Notes: generated from the letters alone by a model not told the origin. 64,000 bases of DNA from Pristiophorus japonicus (GCF_044704955.1 NC_091977.1:430838001-430902000), one strand, 5' to 3'. Shown: positions 50,105-63,900, counted from the first letter of the stretch. A program made the numbers and translations.

Positions 50105-51080
50105 GATTTAGATGAGGGGATTAAATGTAGTATCTCCAAATTTGCGGATGACACTAAGTTGGGTGGCAGTGTGAGCTGCGAGGAGGATGCTGTGAGGCTG
50201 CAGAGCGACTTGGATAGGTTAGGTGAGTGGGCAAATGCATGGCAGATGAAGTATAATGTGGATAAATGTGAGGTTATCCACTTTGGTGGTAAAAACAGAG
50301 AGACAGACTATTATCTGAATGGTGACAGATTAGGAAAAGGGGAGGTGCAAAGAGACCTGGGTGTCATGGTACATCAGTCATTGAAGGTTGGCATGCAGGT
50401 GCAGCAGGCGGTTAAGAAAGCAAATGGCATGTTGGCCTTCATAGCAAGGGGATTTGAGTACAGGGGCAGGGAGGTGTTGCTACAGTTGTACAGGGCATTG
50501 GTGAGGCCACACCTGGAGTATTGTGTACAGTTTTGGTCTCCTAACCTGAGGAAGGACATTCTTGCTATTGAGGGAGTGCAGCGAAGGTTCACCAGACTGA
50601 TTCCCGGGATGGCGGGACTGACCTATCAAGAAAGACTGGATCAACTGGGCTTGTATTCACTGGAGTTCAGATGAATGAGAAGGGATCTCATAGAAACGTT
50701 TAAAATTCTGACGGGGTTAGACAGGTTAGATGCAGGAAGAATGTTCCCAATGTTGGGGAAGTCTAGAACCAGGGGACACAGTCTAAGGATAAGGGGTAAG
50801 CCATTTAGGACCGAGATGAGGAGAAACTTCTTCACCCAGAGAGTGGTGAACCTGTGGAATTCTCTACCACAGAAAGTTGTTGAGGCCAATTCACTAAATA
50901 TATTCAAAAAGGAGTTAGATGAGGTCCTTACTGCTAGGGGGATCAAGGGGTATGGCGAGAAAGCAGGAATGGGGTACTGAAGTTGAATGTTCAGCCATGA
51001 ACTCATTGAATGGCGGTGCAGGCTAGAAGGGCCGAATGGCCTACTCCTGCACCTATTTTCTATGTTTCTATGTTTCTATG
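50105..51080 (+). mobile_element. Young CR1 3' fragment (twin of 24283-25256)
   Basis: ORFs 50090-50674 and 50675-50980 separated by a single TGA; complete hairpin and tail. Confidence 0.95.
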
Positions 51081-51654
51081 AAAATACTTTAACAAAGTTA
51101 AGCAATCATCAGACAAGGCTACTGATGTTTTTCTTAACACAGTTGAAAATTATGCATCGGGGGGTGGTAAAAGCAGTGCTCGAGAGTGGGAGCAGTGGGC
51201 TCAGAGCAGCACGAATGGACCTGTGAGGGGAGAGAAAAAAAAATCAAAGTGTGACATCACAGGAAAGCAGATAAGTGATTGTTGGTGAGTATTTCTCTAT
51301 TTCTCCCTTTTTTTCTAAACTTGGACATTGGTTTAAATTAAGAGCCATGACTAAAAACGAAGCATAGATAATTTGATATTCCAAAACTTGAAAACCTAAT
51401 TAGTTAAATAAAATACAATAGAGATGGCAGGGCTGGTGATCCACGACGACCACATCTGCAGTAAGTGTTAGCGGCTCGAGGAACTTCGGCTCAGTGTTGA
51501 TGCGCTGGAGTCTGCGTTTCAGGCACTGTGATACATCAGGGAGGGGCAGAGTTACCTAGACGCTGTGTTCCATGAGGCAGTCACACCCCTTAGGTTAAAT
51601 AATTCAAATTTGTTCTGTGGTCAGGGACAGGAGGGTGTGACTACGAATGAGGCA

Positions 51655-51914
51655 TGTTGTGTCCTTACACACTACAGCAAATCAACACGAGGCACATACT
51701 GGAGACAAGGTCACTCTGTGACCTGTACCTTTATTCACATGACCAAGAAGTGATGACCCTGCGTGGGACCTCCCTTTATATACCTGGATGACCAGGTGAG
51801 GAGTGTCTCCCACAAGTTCACCCTCTGTGGTCAAGGTGTGCATTTCTCAGGTGTATACAGTGTACAGTGTTGTTACATAAAGGTTACAGTTATGTGAGGG
51901 TTACAAACATGACA
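51655..51914 (-). repeat. 3' LTR
   Basis: 260 bp; 11 substitutions and 1 indel relative to the 5' LTR (manual count). Confidence 0.95.
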
Positions 51915-51938
51915 TCACTTCCCCCCAACGTCTTTGGG

Positions 51939-54900
51939 TCAAAGATTGAGTCTTTCAGGCGGTCGACGCCGCAGTTGGAGCTCTGGTTGTTGAGCCTTGG
52001 CATGTGTCTCTGTCACCTGTGGTGATTCCGGCTCGTCCGGGCTGACCGTAGGGACTGTGCATGCTGCTGAATGTTCTTGTTGCTCATTCACTGGCAGTAG
52101 TGTGGGCAGCATCTCATGATTTTCCTCAGGTTCCTCAGTGTCCATGCTGAACCTTTTTTTTTTACTTGGTCCAGATGCCTGCGGCATATCTGCCCATTGT
52201 TGAGTCTGACCACTATGACCCTATTGCCCTCTTTACCAATTACAGTACCCTCGAGCCACTTGGGCCCCACAGCATGATTAAGAACAAATACAGGGTCATC
52301 GATTTCTATACATCTCCCCTTTGAGTTATGGTCATGGCACTCATTTTGGGACTGGCGCTTGCCCTCTATAATGTCTGACAAGACCGGATGAATGAGGGAC
52401 AGCCGAGTTTTTGGTGTACGTTTCATGAGTAGTTCTGCTGGCGGGACTCCTGTGAGTGAGTGCGGTCGGCACCTGTAGGCCAGCAGGAGGCGCGATAGAC
52501 GGTATTGAAGGGAGGGTCCTTGAATCCGGAGCATGCCTTGCTTTATGATTTGGACCGCACGTTCCGCCTGGCCATTGGAAGCCGGCTTGAACAGCGCTGT
52601 CCTGACCTGTTTGATGCCATTACCCGACATGAACTCCCGGAATTCATAGCTAGTGAAACACGAGCCATTGTCGCTAACTAGGATGTCCAGCAAGCCGTGG
52701 GTCGCAAAGACCGCCCGCAGACTCTCCACTGTGGTGGATGTCGTGCGCGAATTCAATATGATGCACTCGATCCATTTCGAGCACGCATCAACAACAATGA
52801 GGAACATTTTTCCCATGAACGGGCCCACGTAGTCTACGTGAATACGTGACCATGGCCTGGTGGGCCAGGGCCACGGACTGATTGGGGCCTCCCTGGGGGC
52901 ATTGCCCAGCTGGGCACACGTCATGCACCTGCGAACACAGTGTTCCAGGTCTGCATCAATTCCCAGCCACCATACATGTGACCGGGCAATGGCCTTCATA
53001 AGCACGATGCCTGGGTGCTCGCTGTGGAGTTCCCTGATGAATGCTTCCCTACCCCTCTGGGACATGACTACCCGGCTGCCCCATAGTAGGCAGTCGGCTT
53101 GGATGGAGAGTTCATCTATCCGTCTGTGAAACGGTCTGACCTCTTCAGGGCAAGCTTCGTGTGCGGGAGCCCAATCCCCAGTCAGGACACATTTCTTAAT
53201 CAGAGATAGGAGGGGATCTCTGTTTCTCCAGGTTTTGATCTGATGGGCCGTGATGGGGGAGCCTGCACTGTCAAAGGCATCGACAGCCATGACCATCTCC
53301 GCGCTTTGCTCCGCTGCCCCCTCAGTGGTGGCCAGTGGAAGCCTGCTGAGTGCGTCAGCGCAGTTTTCGGTGCCTGGCCGGTGCCGTATGGTGTAGTCAT
53401 ACGCAGCCAGTGTGAGAGCCCATCGCTGTATGCGAGCTGACGCATTGGCATTGACAGATTTGCTGTCAGCCAACAGGGATGTTAACGGCTTGTGGTCCGT
53501 TTCTAACTCGAACCTTCTGCCAAAAAGGTACTGGTACATCTTTTTCACCCCATAGACACATGCGAGTGCTTCCTTTTCAACCATCCCATACCCCCTTTCT
53601 GTTTGGGAGAGCGACCTGGAGGCATAAGCCACAGGTTGGAGTTGGCCCTCATCATTATTCTGCTGCAACACGCACCCAACCCCATAACATGATGCATCGC
53701 ATGTCAAAACCAATTTCTTACAGGGGTCGGACAGCGTCAATAACTTATTAGAACAAAGTAGGTTCTGCGCCCGATTGAAAGCCCATTCCTGACAGTCCCC
53801 CCCCAAAATCACTCGCAACCCTTATGAGGAGCACATGAAGCGGCTCCAGCAATGTACTTAAGTTCGGTACAAAGTTCCCGAAATAGTTCAATAATCCCAG
53901 AAATTAACGCAACTCTGATATGTTGCCGGGCCTGGGCGCGCGACGGATCACCTCCGTTTTGGATTCGGTGGGCCGGATCCCATCTGCGGCAACCCTCCTG
54001 CCCAAAAACTCGACCTCTGGGGCCAAAAACACACACTTGGACTTCTTTAGTCACAGACCTACCCGGTCCAATCGGCGTAGCACCTCCTCCAGATTGTGGA
54101 GCTGTTCCTCTGTGTCTCGACCCGTGATAATGATGTCATCCTGAAATACGATTGTTCCGGGGCTGGATTTTAGCAGGCTTTCCATGTTCCTCTGAAAGAT
54201 AGCGGCTGCTGAACGAATGCCAAACAAACACCTGTTGTAGACAAACAGCCCCTTGTGCGTGGTGATGGTGGTCAGTAGATTGGATTCTTCGGCCAGTTCC
54301 TGGGTCATGTAGGCTGAAGTGAGGTCCAACTTGGTGAACAGCTTTCCGCCTGCCAGCGTGGCAAAAAGATCCTCCGCTCTCGGAAGCGGGTATTGGTCCT
54401 GAAGGGACACTCGGTTGATGGTGGCATTGTAGTCGCCACAGATCCTGACCGAGCCATCCGTTTTTAGAACAGGGATGATGGGGCTTGCCCAGTTGCTGAA
54501 TTCAACAGACGAAATTATGCCCTCTCTTAGCAACCTGTCCAACTCACTCTCAATTTTCTCCTGCATCACATACGGCACAGCTCTGGCTTTGTGGTGCACT
54601 GGTGTGCCATCCATAGTGATGCATATCCTTACTTTGGTGCCTTTGAAAATCCCGACACCAGGTGGAAATAATGACTCGAACTTTAGTAGGACCTGTGAAC
54701 ATGAACTTCGCTCCACAGATGAAATGGCGTGCACATCCCCCCATTTCCAGTCATCTCGGCTAGCCAACTCCTCCCCAAAAGCGCGGAACCATTTCCTGGG
54801 ACAATCCAGAGTGGCAGCCGGTTCTGAGATCCATTATGTGTGACCACCAACATTGCACTGGGATGATCTCTTTGGTGTATGTCCGTAATTGCGTGTCAAT

Positions 54901-56111
54901 ACATTCTAGCTTGGGTCTGCTAGCTCTGAGTGGCCACAGTTTCTCGAATTGTTGGACACTCATAAGTGACTGGCTGGCTCCCGTGTCCAGCTCCATGCAT
55001 ACCGGGATGACATTTAATAGTACTCTCATCATCATAGGTGACGTTTTTGTGTATGAGCTGTGGATGTTTGCCACCTGGACCCCCTGAATTTCAGCGTCTA
55101 TTGCTGTGTCCCAGGCATACCCCTGCCTTGCAGACTCCTCTTGTGGTTCATCCACTTCGTAAACCAGCCTCGCTGCGGGCTTCCTGCACATCCTGGCTAA
55201 ATGTCCACTCAAGTTACAATTTCTGCAGATGAATTGTTGAAACCGGCAGGCCTTCACAGCATGTTTGCCCCCGCACCTCCAGCATGAGCTGAGATTGTTG
55301 TGAACAAAAGAGCTGTTACCAGGCATTCCTCTCTAATTGTCTCTTTGATTACTCTTGAGCACTCTGTTTGTGGGTGTCAATGGTCCCATCCCGGGATGTA
55401 TTGTCCCTTGTGATGGTGTAAATGTCCGTTCAACCTGCCATTGTCTCTGTTGCGGACCCACCCTAGAGTCTGTTACTGCCTGGTTGGTGTCGAATTGCCC
55501 TTGCCTGCCTGCGGGGTTCTGAGTCGCATTTACCATGTTACTTCCCTGCTCCATCGCCACGTTGGGAGCAGAGTTGTGCGCGTATATGATCTTGGTTTCC
55601 TCCTCCCCCGCCATGAAGGTTTGAGCCATCAATGCCGCTGCTTCCAAGGTCAAGACCTTATTCTCAATTAGCTTCCTAAAATTCCCGCATGACCAATGCC
55701 CTCAATGAAGAAATCCCATAACATCTCCCCCCTGCAGGCGTCTGTGAACTTACAGAGACTGGCCAGGCGGCGAAGGTCCGCAACAAAGTCCGGTATGCTC
55801 TGCCGTTCCCGACGTCGGTGCGTATAGAATCGGTGTCAGGCCATGTGTATACTACTCGCCGGTTTGAGGTGCTCACCGATAAGTTTGCTGAGCTCCTCGA
55901 AGGTCTTGTCCGCTGGCTTCTCGGGTGTGAGCAGGTCTTTCATCAGCGCGTACGTCTTGGGCCCACAGCTGGTCAGTAGATGCGCCCTTCGCTTGTCAGC
56001 CGCTGCATCTCCCAGCCAGTCCTTCGTGACAAAGCTCTGCTGGAGCCTCTCAACGAAATCGTCCCAGTCCTCACCAACACAGTACCGTTCCTCCGTGCTA
56101 CCGGTGGCCAT
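51939..56111 (-). pseudogene. gag-pol polyprotein (Gag with tandem CCHC knuckles, protease, RT, RNase H, integrase), frameshifted
   Basis: CWRCGGKHAVKAC..CRNCNLSGHLARMC, LDTGAS, VFQDDI, TCDAS, HSEHPG..CMTC, HVDY, SDNG, NGQAERAV. Confidence 0.95.
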
Positions 56112-56148
56112 TCTCTTGAGTCGTTGATTACTGTTTCTCGTCGCCAAA

Positions 56149-56407
56149 TGTTGTGTCCTTACACACTACAGCAAATCAACACGAGGCACATACTGGAGAC
56201 AAGGTCACTCTGTGACCTGCACCTTTATTCACAGGACCAAGAAGTGATGACCCTGCATGGGACCTCTCTTTATATATCTAGATGACCAGGTGAGGAGTGT
56301 CTCCCACAAGTTCACCCCCTATGGTCAAGTTGTGCATTTCTCAGGTGTATACAGTGTACAGTGTTGTTACATACAGCTTACAGTTATGTGAGGTTACAAA
56401 CATGACA
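56149..56407 (-). repeat. 5' LTR
   Basis: 259 bp, adjacent to the PBS. Confidence 0.95.
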
Positions 56408-57197
56408 AGGCAGGTGTGGGGATCCAGAAGGTAGCATTGAAGGTGCCTCAGGTAATTGTCCAACAGTAACGAGGTTCATACTACCTGTGAGGACAAGAGC
56501 AGGGACCGCAGGGAAGCTGCACAATCTGACCACAGCACCGTGGTACAGGGGACCATTCAAGTTGGGGGAGTAAAAAGAAATGTAATAGTGGTAGGTGACA
56601 GGAGAGTTAGGGGGATAGATACTGTTCTCTGAAGCCTAGAGCATGAGTCCCAAAGGCTGTGTTACCTGCCCGGTGACAAGGTTAAGGACATGTCCTCTGG
56701 GCTGGAGAGGAACTTGGAGTGGGAGGAGAAGATGCAGTTGTCTTGGTCATGTAGGTACCAACGGCATAGGCAGGACAAATAAAGAGGTTCTGCTGAGGGA
56801 GCATGAGCAGCTCGGGACTAAATTAAAAAGCAAAAGCAGAATCTCTGGATTACTACCTAAGCCACGCACAAATTGGCATAGGATAAATAAGATCAGAGAG
56901 ATGAATGCATGACTCAAAGATTGGTGTGGGAGAAATGCATTTCGATTCGTGGGGCACTGGCACCAGTACTGGGATAAGTGGGAGCTGTTCCATTGGGACG
57001 GGCTTCACTTGAACCAGTGTCCTGGCTAATCGAATAAATAGGGCTGTAGATAGGATTTTCAACGAAATAGTGGGGGCGGGGGGGGGGGCGGTGTTCAGGT
57101 GAGTGGAAATGTAAAAAGTCAAAGAGAAAGTAGAAAGGAATAGAGCAGGGTAGCGATAGGGATAATAATAACCAGAGTATCACAACTGCTAATGTGT

Positions 57198-57735
57198 ACC
57201 AAATCCCCTGGGAGGACAAACGCACCAACATTAGCATCCTTGACCAGGCCAACATCCCCGGCATTAAAGCACTGACCACACTTGATCAGCTCCGCTGGGC
57301 AGGCCACAACATTCACATGCCAGACACGAGACTCCCAAAGCAAGCGCTCTACTCGGAACTCCTACACGGCAAACGAGCAAAGTTGGGCAGAGGAAACATT
57401 ACAGGAACACCCTCAAAGCCTCCCTGAAAAAGTGCAGCATCCCCACTGACACCTAGAAGTCCCTGGCCAAAGACCGCCTAAGCGGAGGAAGTGCATCCGG
57501 GAGGGCGCTGAGCCCCTCGAGTCTCATTGCCGAGAGCCTGCAGAAATCAAGCACAGGCAGCGGAAAGAGCGTGTGGAAAATTTGTCCCACCCACCCTTTC
57601 CCTCAATGACTATCTGCCCACCTGTGACAGGGACTGTGGTTTTCGTGTTGGACTGTCCAGCCACCTAAGGACTCATTTTAAGAGTGGAAGCAAGTCTTCC
57701 TCGATTCCGAGGGACTGCCTATAATGATGTTGATG
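57198..57735 (+). mobile_element. RTE-clade LINE 3' fragment
   Basis: QIPWEDKRTNISIL..QLRWAGH..MPDTRLPKQALYSEL, C-terminal CPTC..HLRTH finger, (TGA)n tail. Confidence 0.9.
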
Positions 57736-58829
57736 ACCTTTGTTTAAAAGGCAGAAAGGGATAGACTGAGTAATTATAAGTCAGTCATGCCTAACCTCAG
57801 TGGTGGGAAAATTATTTGGAAAAATCCTGAGGGACAGAATAAATCTTCATTTGGAAAGACATGGAATAATCAAGGACAGTCAACATGGATTTGTCAAGAG
57901 AAGGTCATGTCTGACTAACTTGATTGAATTTTTCGAGGAGGTAACCAGGAGGGTTGATGAGGGCAGTATGTACGATGTAGTGTATATGGATTTTAGCAAA
58001 GCTTTTGATAAGGTCCCACATGGCAGACTGGTCACGAAAGTAATAGCCCATGGAATTCAGGGCAAATTGGCAAATTGGATCCAAAATTCGCTTGGAGGCA
58101 GGAAGCAAAAGGTGTTTTTGTGACTGAAAGGCTGCATCCAGTGGGGTTCCACAGGGTTCAGTGCTGGGTCCCTTGCTTTTAGTGGTATATATCAATGACT
58201 TAGACTTAATTGTTGGGGATATGATTAAGAAGTTTGCAGATGACACTAAAATAGACTGTGTAGTTGATAATGAAGAAGAAAGCTGTGGTTGCAGGAAGAT
58301 ATCAGTGTATTGGTCAGGTGGGCAGAACAGTGGCAAATTGAATTCAATCTGGATAAGTGTGAGGTAATACATTTGGGAAAGTCTAAAAGGCAAGGGAATA
58401 CACATTAAATGGTACGGCACTGAAAAATGTAGCGGAACAAAGGGACTTTGGAGTGCAGGTCCACAGATCCCAGAAGGTAGCAGTCTAGACAGATAAGGTG
58501 GTTAAGAAAGCATATGGAATACTTGCCTTTATTAGTCAAGGCATGGAATACAAGAGCAAGGAGGTTATGCTTGAACTGTATAAAACAGTAGTTAGGCCGC
58601 AGCCGGAGAACTATGTGCAGTTCTGGTCACCACATTACAGGAAAGATGCGATTGTATTGGAAAGGGTGCAAAGAAGACTTACAAGAATGTTGCCTGGACT
58701 GGAGAATTTTGGCTATGAAGAAAGATTGGAGATGCGGGGTCTGTTTTCTTTGGAACAGAGGAGGCTGAGAGGAGACCTGATTGAGGTGTATAAAATTATG
58801 AGGCGCCTGGATAGAGTGGATAGGAAGGA

Positions 58830-59285
58830 GTGTCAGCTCTGTTGGGCAGGCCACATTGTTTGCATGCCTGACACGAGACTCCCAAAGCAAGTGCTCTACT
58901 CGGAACTCCTACATGGCAAGCGAGCCCCAGATGGGCAGAGGAAACGTTTCAAGGACACTCTCAAAGCCTCCTTGATAAAATGCAACATCCCTACTGAAAC
59001 CTGAGAGTCCCTGGCCAAAGACCTCCCTAAGTGGAGGAAGAGCATCTGGGAGGGCGCTGAGCACCTCGCGTCTCGTCGTCAAGAGCATACAGAAAACAAG
59101 TGCAGGCAGCGGAAGGAGCGTGTGGCAAACCAGTCCCACCCACCCTTTCCTTCAACGACTGTCTGTCCCACCTGTGACAGGGACTGTAATTTCCATAATG
59201 GACTGTTCAGTTACCGAAGAACTCACTTTTAGAGTGGAAGCAAGTCTTCCTTGATTTCGAGGGACTGCCTATGATGATGATGATA
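58830..59285 (+). mobile_element. RTE-clade LINE 3' fragment
   Basis: QLCWAGHIVCMPDTRLPKQVLYSEL..KRFKDTLK; gactgcct(ATG)n tail. Confidence 0.9.
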
Positions 59286-60951
59286 ATGTTTCCCTTGGCA
59301 GAGGGGTCAACAACCAGGGGGCATAGATTCAAAGTAATTGGGGGGGAGGTTTAGAAGAGATATGAGGGGAAATTTCTTCACCTAGAGGGTGGTGGGGGTC
59401 TGGAACTCACTGCCTGAAAGGGTGGTAGAGGCAGGAACCCTCACCACATTTAAAAGATACTTGGATGTGCACTTAAAGTGCCATAACCTACAGGACTATG
59501 GACCAAGAGCTGGAAAGTGGGATTAGGCTAGATAGCTCTTGGTCTGCCAGCATGGACACGATGGGCCGAAATGGCCTCCTTCTATGCTGTAAATTTCTAT
59601 GATTCTATGATAGAGTGTACAAAGATAAGAATGCACCAGAAAGTACAATCAGATTAGGGAAAAATGGTAAAAAGACATAATTAAAAGCACTTTATCTGAA
59701 TGCATGCAGCATTCATAACAAGATAGATAAGTTGATGGCACAAATAGAAATAAATGGGTATGGTCTGATAGCCATTACAGAGATGTGGTTGCAAGGTAAC
59801 CAAGGCTAGGAACTGCATATTATGGTGTATTTGACATTTTGGAAGGAGAGGCAGAAAGGAAAAAGAGGTGGCATAGCTCTGTTAATAAAGGAAGAGATCA
59901 GTGCAGTCGTGAGAAATGATATTGCCTCAGAAGATCAAGATGTAGAATCAGTCTGGATGGAGATAAGAAATAATAAGAGAAAGAAGTCATTGGTGGGAGT
60001 AGTCTATAGGCCCCCTAACAGTAGCTACACTGTAGGACAGAGTACAAATCAAGGAATAATGGAGGCGTGTAAGAAAGTTATGGCAATAATCATGGGTGAT
60101 TTTCATCTTCATATAGGTTGGACAAATCAAATTGGCAAAGATAGCCTTGAAGTCGAGTTCATAGAGTGTATTCTGGATGATTTCATAGAACTATACATTG
60201 TGGCTATTTTAGATCTGGTAAATATGTAATGAGACAGGATTAATTAATGATTCCACAGCAAAGGATCCTCGAGGGAAGAGTGATCACAGCATATTAGAAT
60301 TTCAAATTCAGTTTGAGGGTGAGAAACTTGGATCTCAAACTAGTGCCCTAAATTTAAATAAAGGCAATTACAAAGGTATGAAGACAGAGTTGGCTGAAGT
60401 GGACTGTGAAAATAGATTAAAGGGTAAGACAGTAGATAAGCAGTGGCAGATATTTTAAGGGGATACTTCATAACTCTCAGTAAAAATATATTCCAGTCAG
60501 AAAGAAAGAATAAGAGAAGGATGAACCATCCATGGCTAACTAAGGAAGTTAAGGATGGTATCAAATTGAAGACAAAGGCATACAATGTTGCGAAGATTAG
60601 TGGTAGGACAGAGGATTGGGAATTTTTTAGAAACCAGCAAAGGACGATTAAAAAAATAATAAACAGAGAGAAGATAGATTATGAGAGTAACCTGGCTAAA
60701 AATATAAAAACAGTCAGTAAGAGCTTCTACAGGTATATAAAAAGGAAGAGAGTAGCTAAAGTAAACATTGGTCCCTTCGAGGATGAGACTGGGGAATTAA
60801 TAATGGGAAACGGAAATGGCAGCGACTTTGAACAAATATTTTGTATCGGTCTTCAGAGTAGAAGACACTAAAAGCATTGCAATAATAATAGATAATCAAG
60901 GGGCTATTGGGAGGGGGGAATTTAAAACAATCACTATCACTGGAGAAAAAG

Positions 60952-63900
60952 TGTTATATATGTGTACTTGTATTTACTCTGTTTAGCCACCAGAGGGCTC
61001 ATCCCCCGGACTCCCAAGGGATCCCATAATCCCTTGAGAGCACCAAGTATTTAAGAAGGCTTCACATGTTGGAGAGGCACTCTGGAGACCTGCAATAAAA
61101 GACTAAGGTCACACTTTACTTTGAGCTCACAATCTTCAGTCTGACTCTTTCTCCATACATAACAACTGGCGACGAGATACAAATAGCGAACCCAAAGATG
61201 CAGAGAACAGTGGGCATCCTGGAGAAATTTTCAGAGAGAGATGATTGGGAAACTTTTGTAGAGCGACTCGAGCAATACTTCATGGCTAGATGGGGAAGAG
61301 AATGCTGCCAAACGTAGAGCGATCCTCCTCACCGTCTGTGGGGCACCAATGTATGGCGTCATGAAGAATCTGCTCACTCCAGCGAAACCCACGGAGAAAT
61401 CATACGACGATTTGTGCACACTGCTCTGAGAGCATTTAAACCCGAAGGAAAGCGTTCTGATGGCGAGGTACCGGTTCTACACCTCCAAAAGGTCGGAAGG
61501 CCAGAAAGTGGCGAGTTATGTCGCCGAGCTGAGACGCTTTGCAGGACATTGCGAATTTGAAGGACATTTGGAGCACATGCTCAGAGACTTTTTTGTACTT
61601 GGCATTGGACTCAAAACCATACTTTGCAAGCTTTTGACATTAGAGACCCCAACCTTGAGTAAGGCCATAGCGATAGCCCAGGCGTTCATTGCCACCAGTG
61701 ACAATACGAAGCAAATCTCTCAGCACACAAGTGCTGCTACAAGTACTGTGAACAAAGTGATGTTGTTTTCGAATCGTAATATATAGGGCAGGTCACACAT
61801 ACCTGCAGCTACACGTCCACAGATGTCTCAGAGTCCACCATCAAGGGTGATGAATGCAAGGCCATTAACACCTTGTTGGCGCTGCAGGGGTGATCATCGT
61901 TTCCATTCATGCCGATTCAAAGGATACGTTTGCAAGGGCTGTGGAACAATGGGACACCTCCAACGAGTGTGCAGGTGAGCTGCTAAGCCTGTTAAACCTG
62001 CAAACCACCACGATGCAGTGGAGGACAGGTCCATGGAGGATCACTACGAACCAGAGCCTCAGATCGAGGAGGCAGAGGTACATGGGGTGCACACATTCAC
62101 ACGAATTATCCCCCGATAATGCTGAATGTTGAACTAAATGGACTCCCGGTGTCAATGGAGCTGGACACGGGCGGAAGCCAGTCCATCATGGGCAAAAAGA
62201 TTTTCGAAAGGTTGTGGTGCAATAAGGCCTCAAGGCCAGTCTTAACTCCAGTTCGCACGAGACTAAGAACTTACACTAAAGAACTGATTCCTGTAATCAG
62301 CAGCACTACCATAAAGGTCTCCTACAATGGAGCGATGCACAAGCTACCACTCTGGGTGGTACCGGGTGATGGTCCCACGCTGCTCGGCAGGAGCAGGCTG
62401 GGAAAGATACACTGAACTGGGACAACGTCCGAGTGCTATCGCCCGTTGACGAAACTTCGTGTGCCCAGGTCTTAAACAAATTTCCTTTCCTGTTCGAACC
62501 AGGCATCGGGAAATTCTAAGGAACCAAAGTGCAGATCCATCTAATTCCGAGGGCGTGACCCATCCATCACAAGGCGAGAGCAGTACCGTACATGATGAGA
62601 GAAAGGGTAGAGATCGAGCTAGACCGACTGCAACAAGAGGGCATCATTTCACCGATCGAGTTCAGCGAGTAGGCCAGTCCTATTGTCCCAGTCCTCAAGG
62701 GAGATGGCATCATCAGAATCTGTGGCAATTACAAAGTAATTATCAATCGTTTCTCCTTGCAAGACCAATACTCACTACCAAAAGCCGACGACCTCTTTGC
62801 AACGCTGGTGGGAGGAAAGATGTTCACAAAGCTGGATCTGACTTCAGCCTACATGACGCAGGAACTGTAGGAATCATCGAAGGCCCTCACCTGCATCAAC
62901 ACGCACAAAGGTCTTTTTGTTTATAACATATGCCCGTTTGGAATCCGATCAGTTTGGCGGCGATATTCCAGAGAAACATGGAAAGTTTACTGAAGTCGGT
63001 CCTGCACACCGTGGTCTTCCAGGACGACATCTTGGTCACAGGTCGGAACACCGTCGAGCACATGCAGAACCTGCAAGAAGTTCTTAGTCGACTCAACCGC
63101 GTGGGGCTCAGGTTAAAACGCTCGAAGTGCGTTTTCCTGGCGCCTGAAGTGGAGTTCCTGGGAAGGAGGATTGCGGCGGATGGCATCAGGCCCACCAACG
63201 CAAAGACGGAGGCAATCAAGAACTCACCGAGGCCACAGAATGTGACGGAGCTGCGGTCGATTCTGGGACTCTTGAACTACTTTGGTAACTTCTTACCGGG
63301 TCTCAGCACCCTGCTAGAACCACTACATGTCTTACTACGAAAAGGGGGTGAATGGGTTTGGGGAAAAAGCCAAGAAAATGCCTTTGTAAAAGCGAGAAAA
63401 TTGTTATGCTCAAACAAATTGCTTGTGTTGTATGATCCATGTGAGCGTTTGGTACGAGCTTGTGATGCGTCGTCACATGGTGTCGGTGTGTATTGCAACA
63501 AGCTAATGATTTCAGGAAACTGCAACCGGTTGCTTATGCATCCAGGAGTCTAAGGCCGAGAGAGCCTACAGCGTGATTGAAAAAGAAGCATTAGCATGTG
63601 TCTATGGGGTAAAGAAAATGCATCAATACTTGTTTGGGCTAAAATTCGAATTGGAAACTGACCATAAGCCACTTATATCCCTGTTTTCCGAGAGTAAAGG
63701 GATAAATACCAACGCATCGGCCCGCATCCAGAGATGGGCGCTCACATTGTCCGCATACAACTACGCCATCCGCCACAGGCCAGGCACAGAAAACTGCGCC
63801 GATGCTCTCAGTCGGCTGCCATTGCCCACCACAGGGGTAGAAATGGCGCAGCCCGCAGATCTAGCCAAGTTATGGAAGCATTTGAGAGTGAGCAATCACC

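Larger units (their letters stand above)
51655..56407 (-). mobile_element. Full-length Gypsy LTR retrotransposon, Mag-like clade
   Basis: LTRs 56149-56407 and 51655-51914 (TG..CA), perfect TSD AGGCA. PBS TGGCGACGAG (56137-56146) and PPT ggggggaagtga (51915-51926). Confidence 0.97.
57184..59610 (+). mobile_element. CR1 (same subfamily as 42708-44752) inserted between ORF1 and ORF2 of the host CR1
   Basis: actgctaatgtgta|..|cctttgtttaa; ORFs 57800-58123, 58161-58367 and 58498-; (TTCTATGA)n tail. Confidence 0.9.
51158..60951 (+). mobile_element. Near full-length CR1 5' half (5'UTR, ORF1 zinc-finger/leucine zipper plus GDSL esterase, ORF2 APE endonuclease), host of several insertions
   Basis: DHICSKC*RLEELRL (51450). 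VIVVGD, LPGDKV, VGTNG, WDGLHLN (56580-57015). ALYLNA..ITEMW, GVVYRPP, MGDF, KSDH (59680-60300). Probably continues past the second Gypsy. Confidence 0.85.

Noticed and set aside
51078-51095. gaaaata after the CR1 tail as the displaced right TIR of H3
   Set aside because: The terminal ggggcc and a matching TSD are absent; too short to support.
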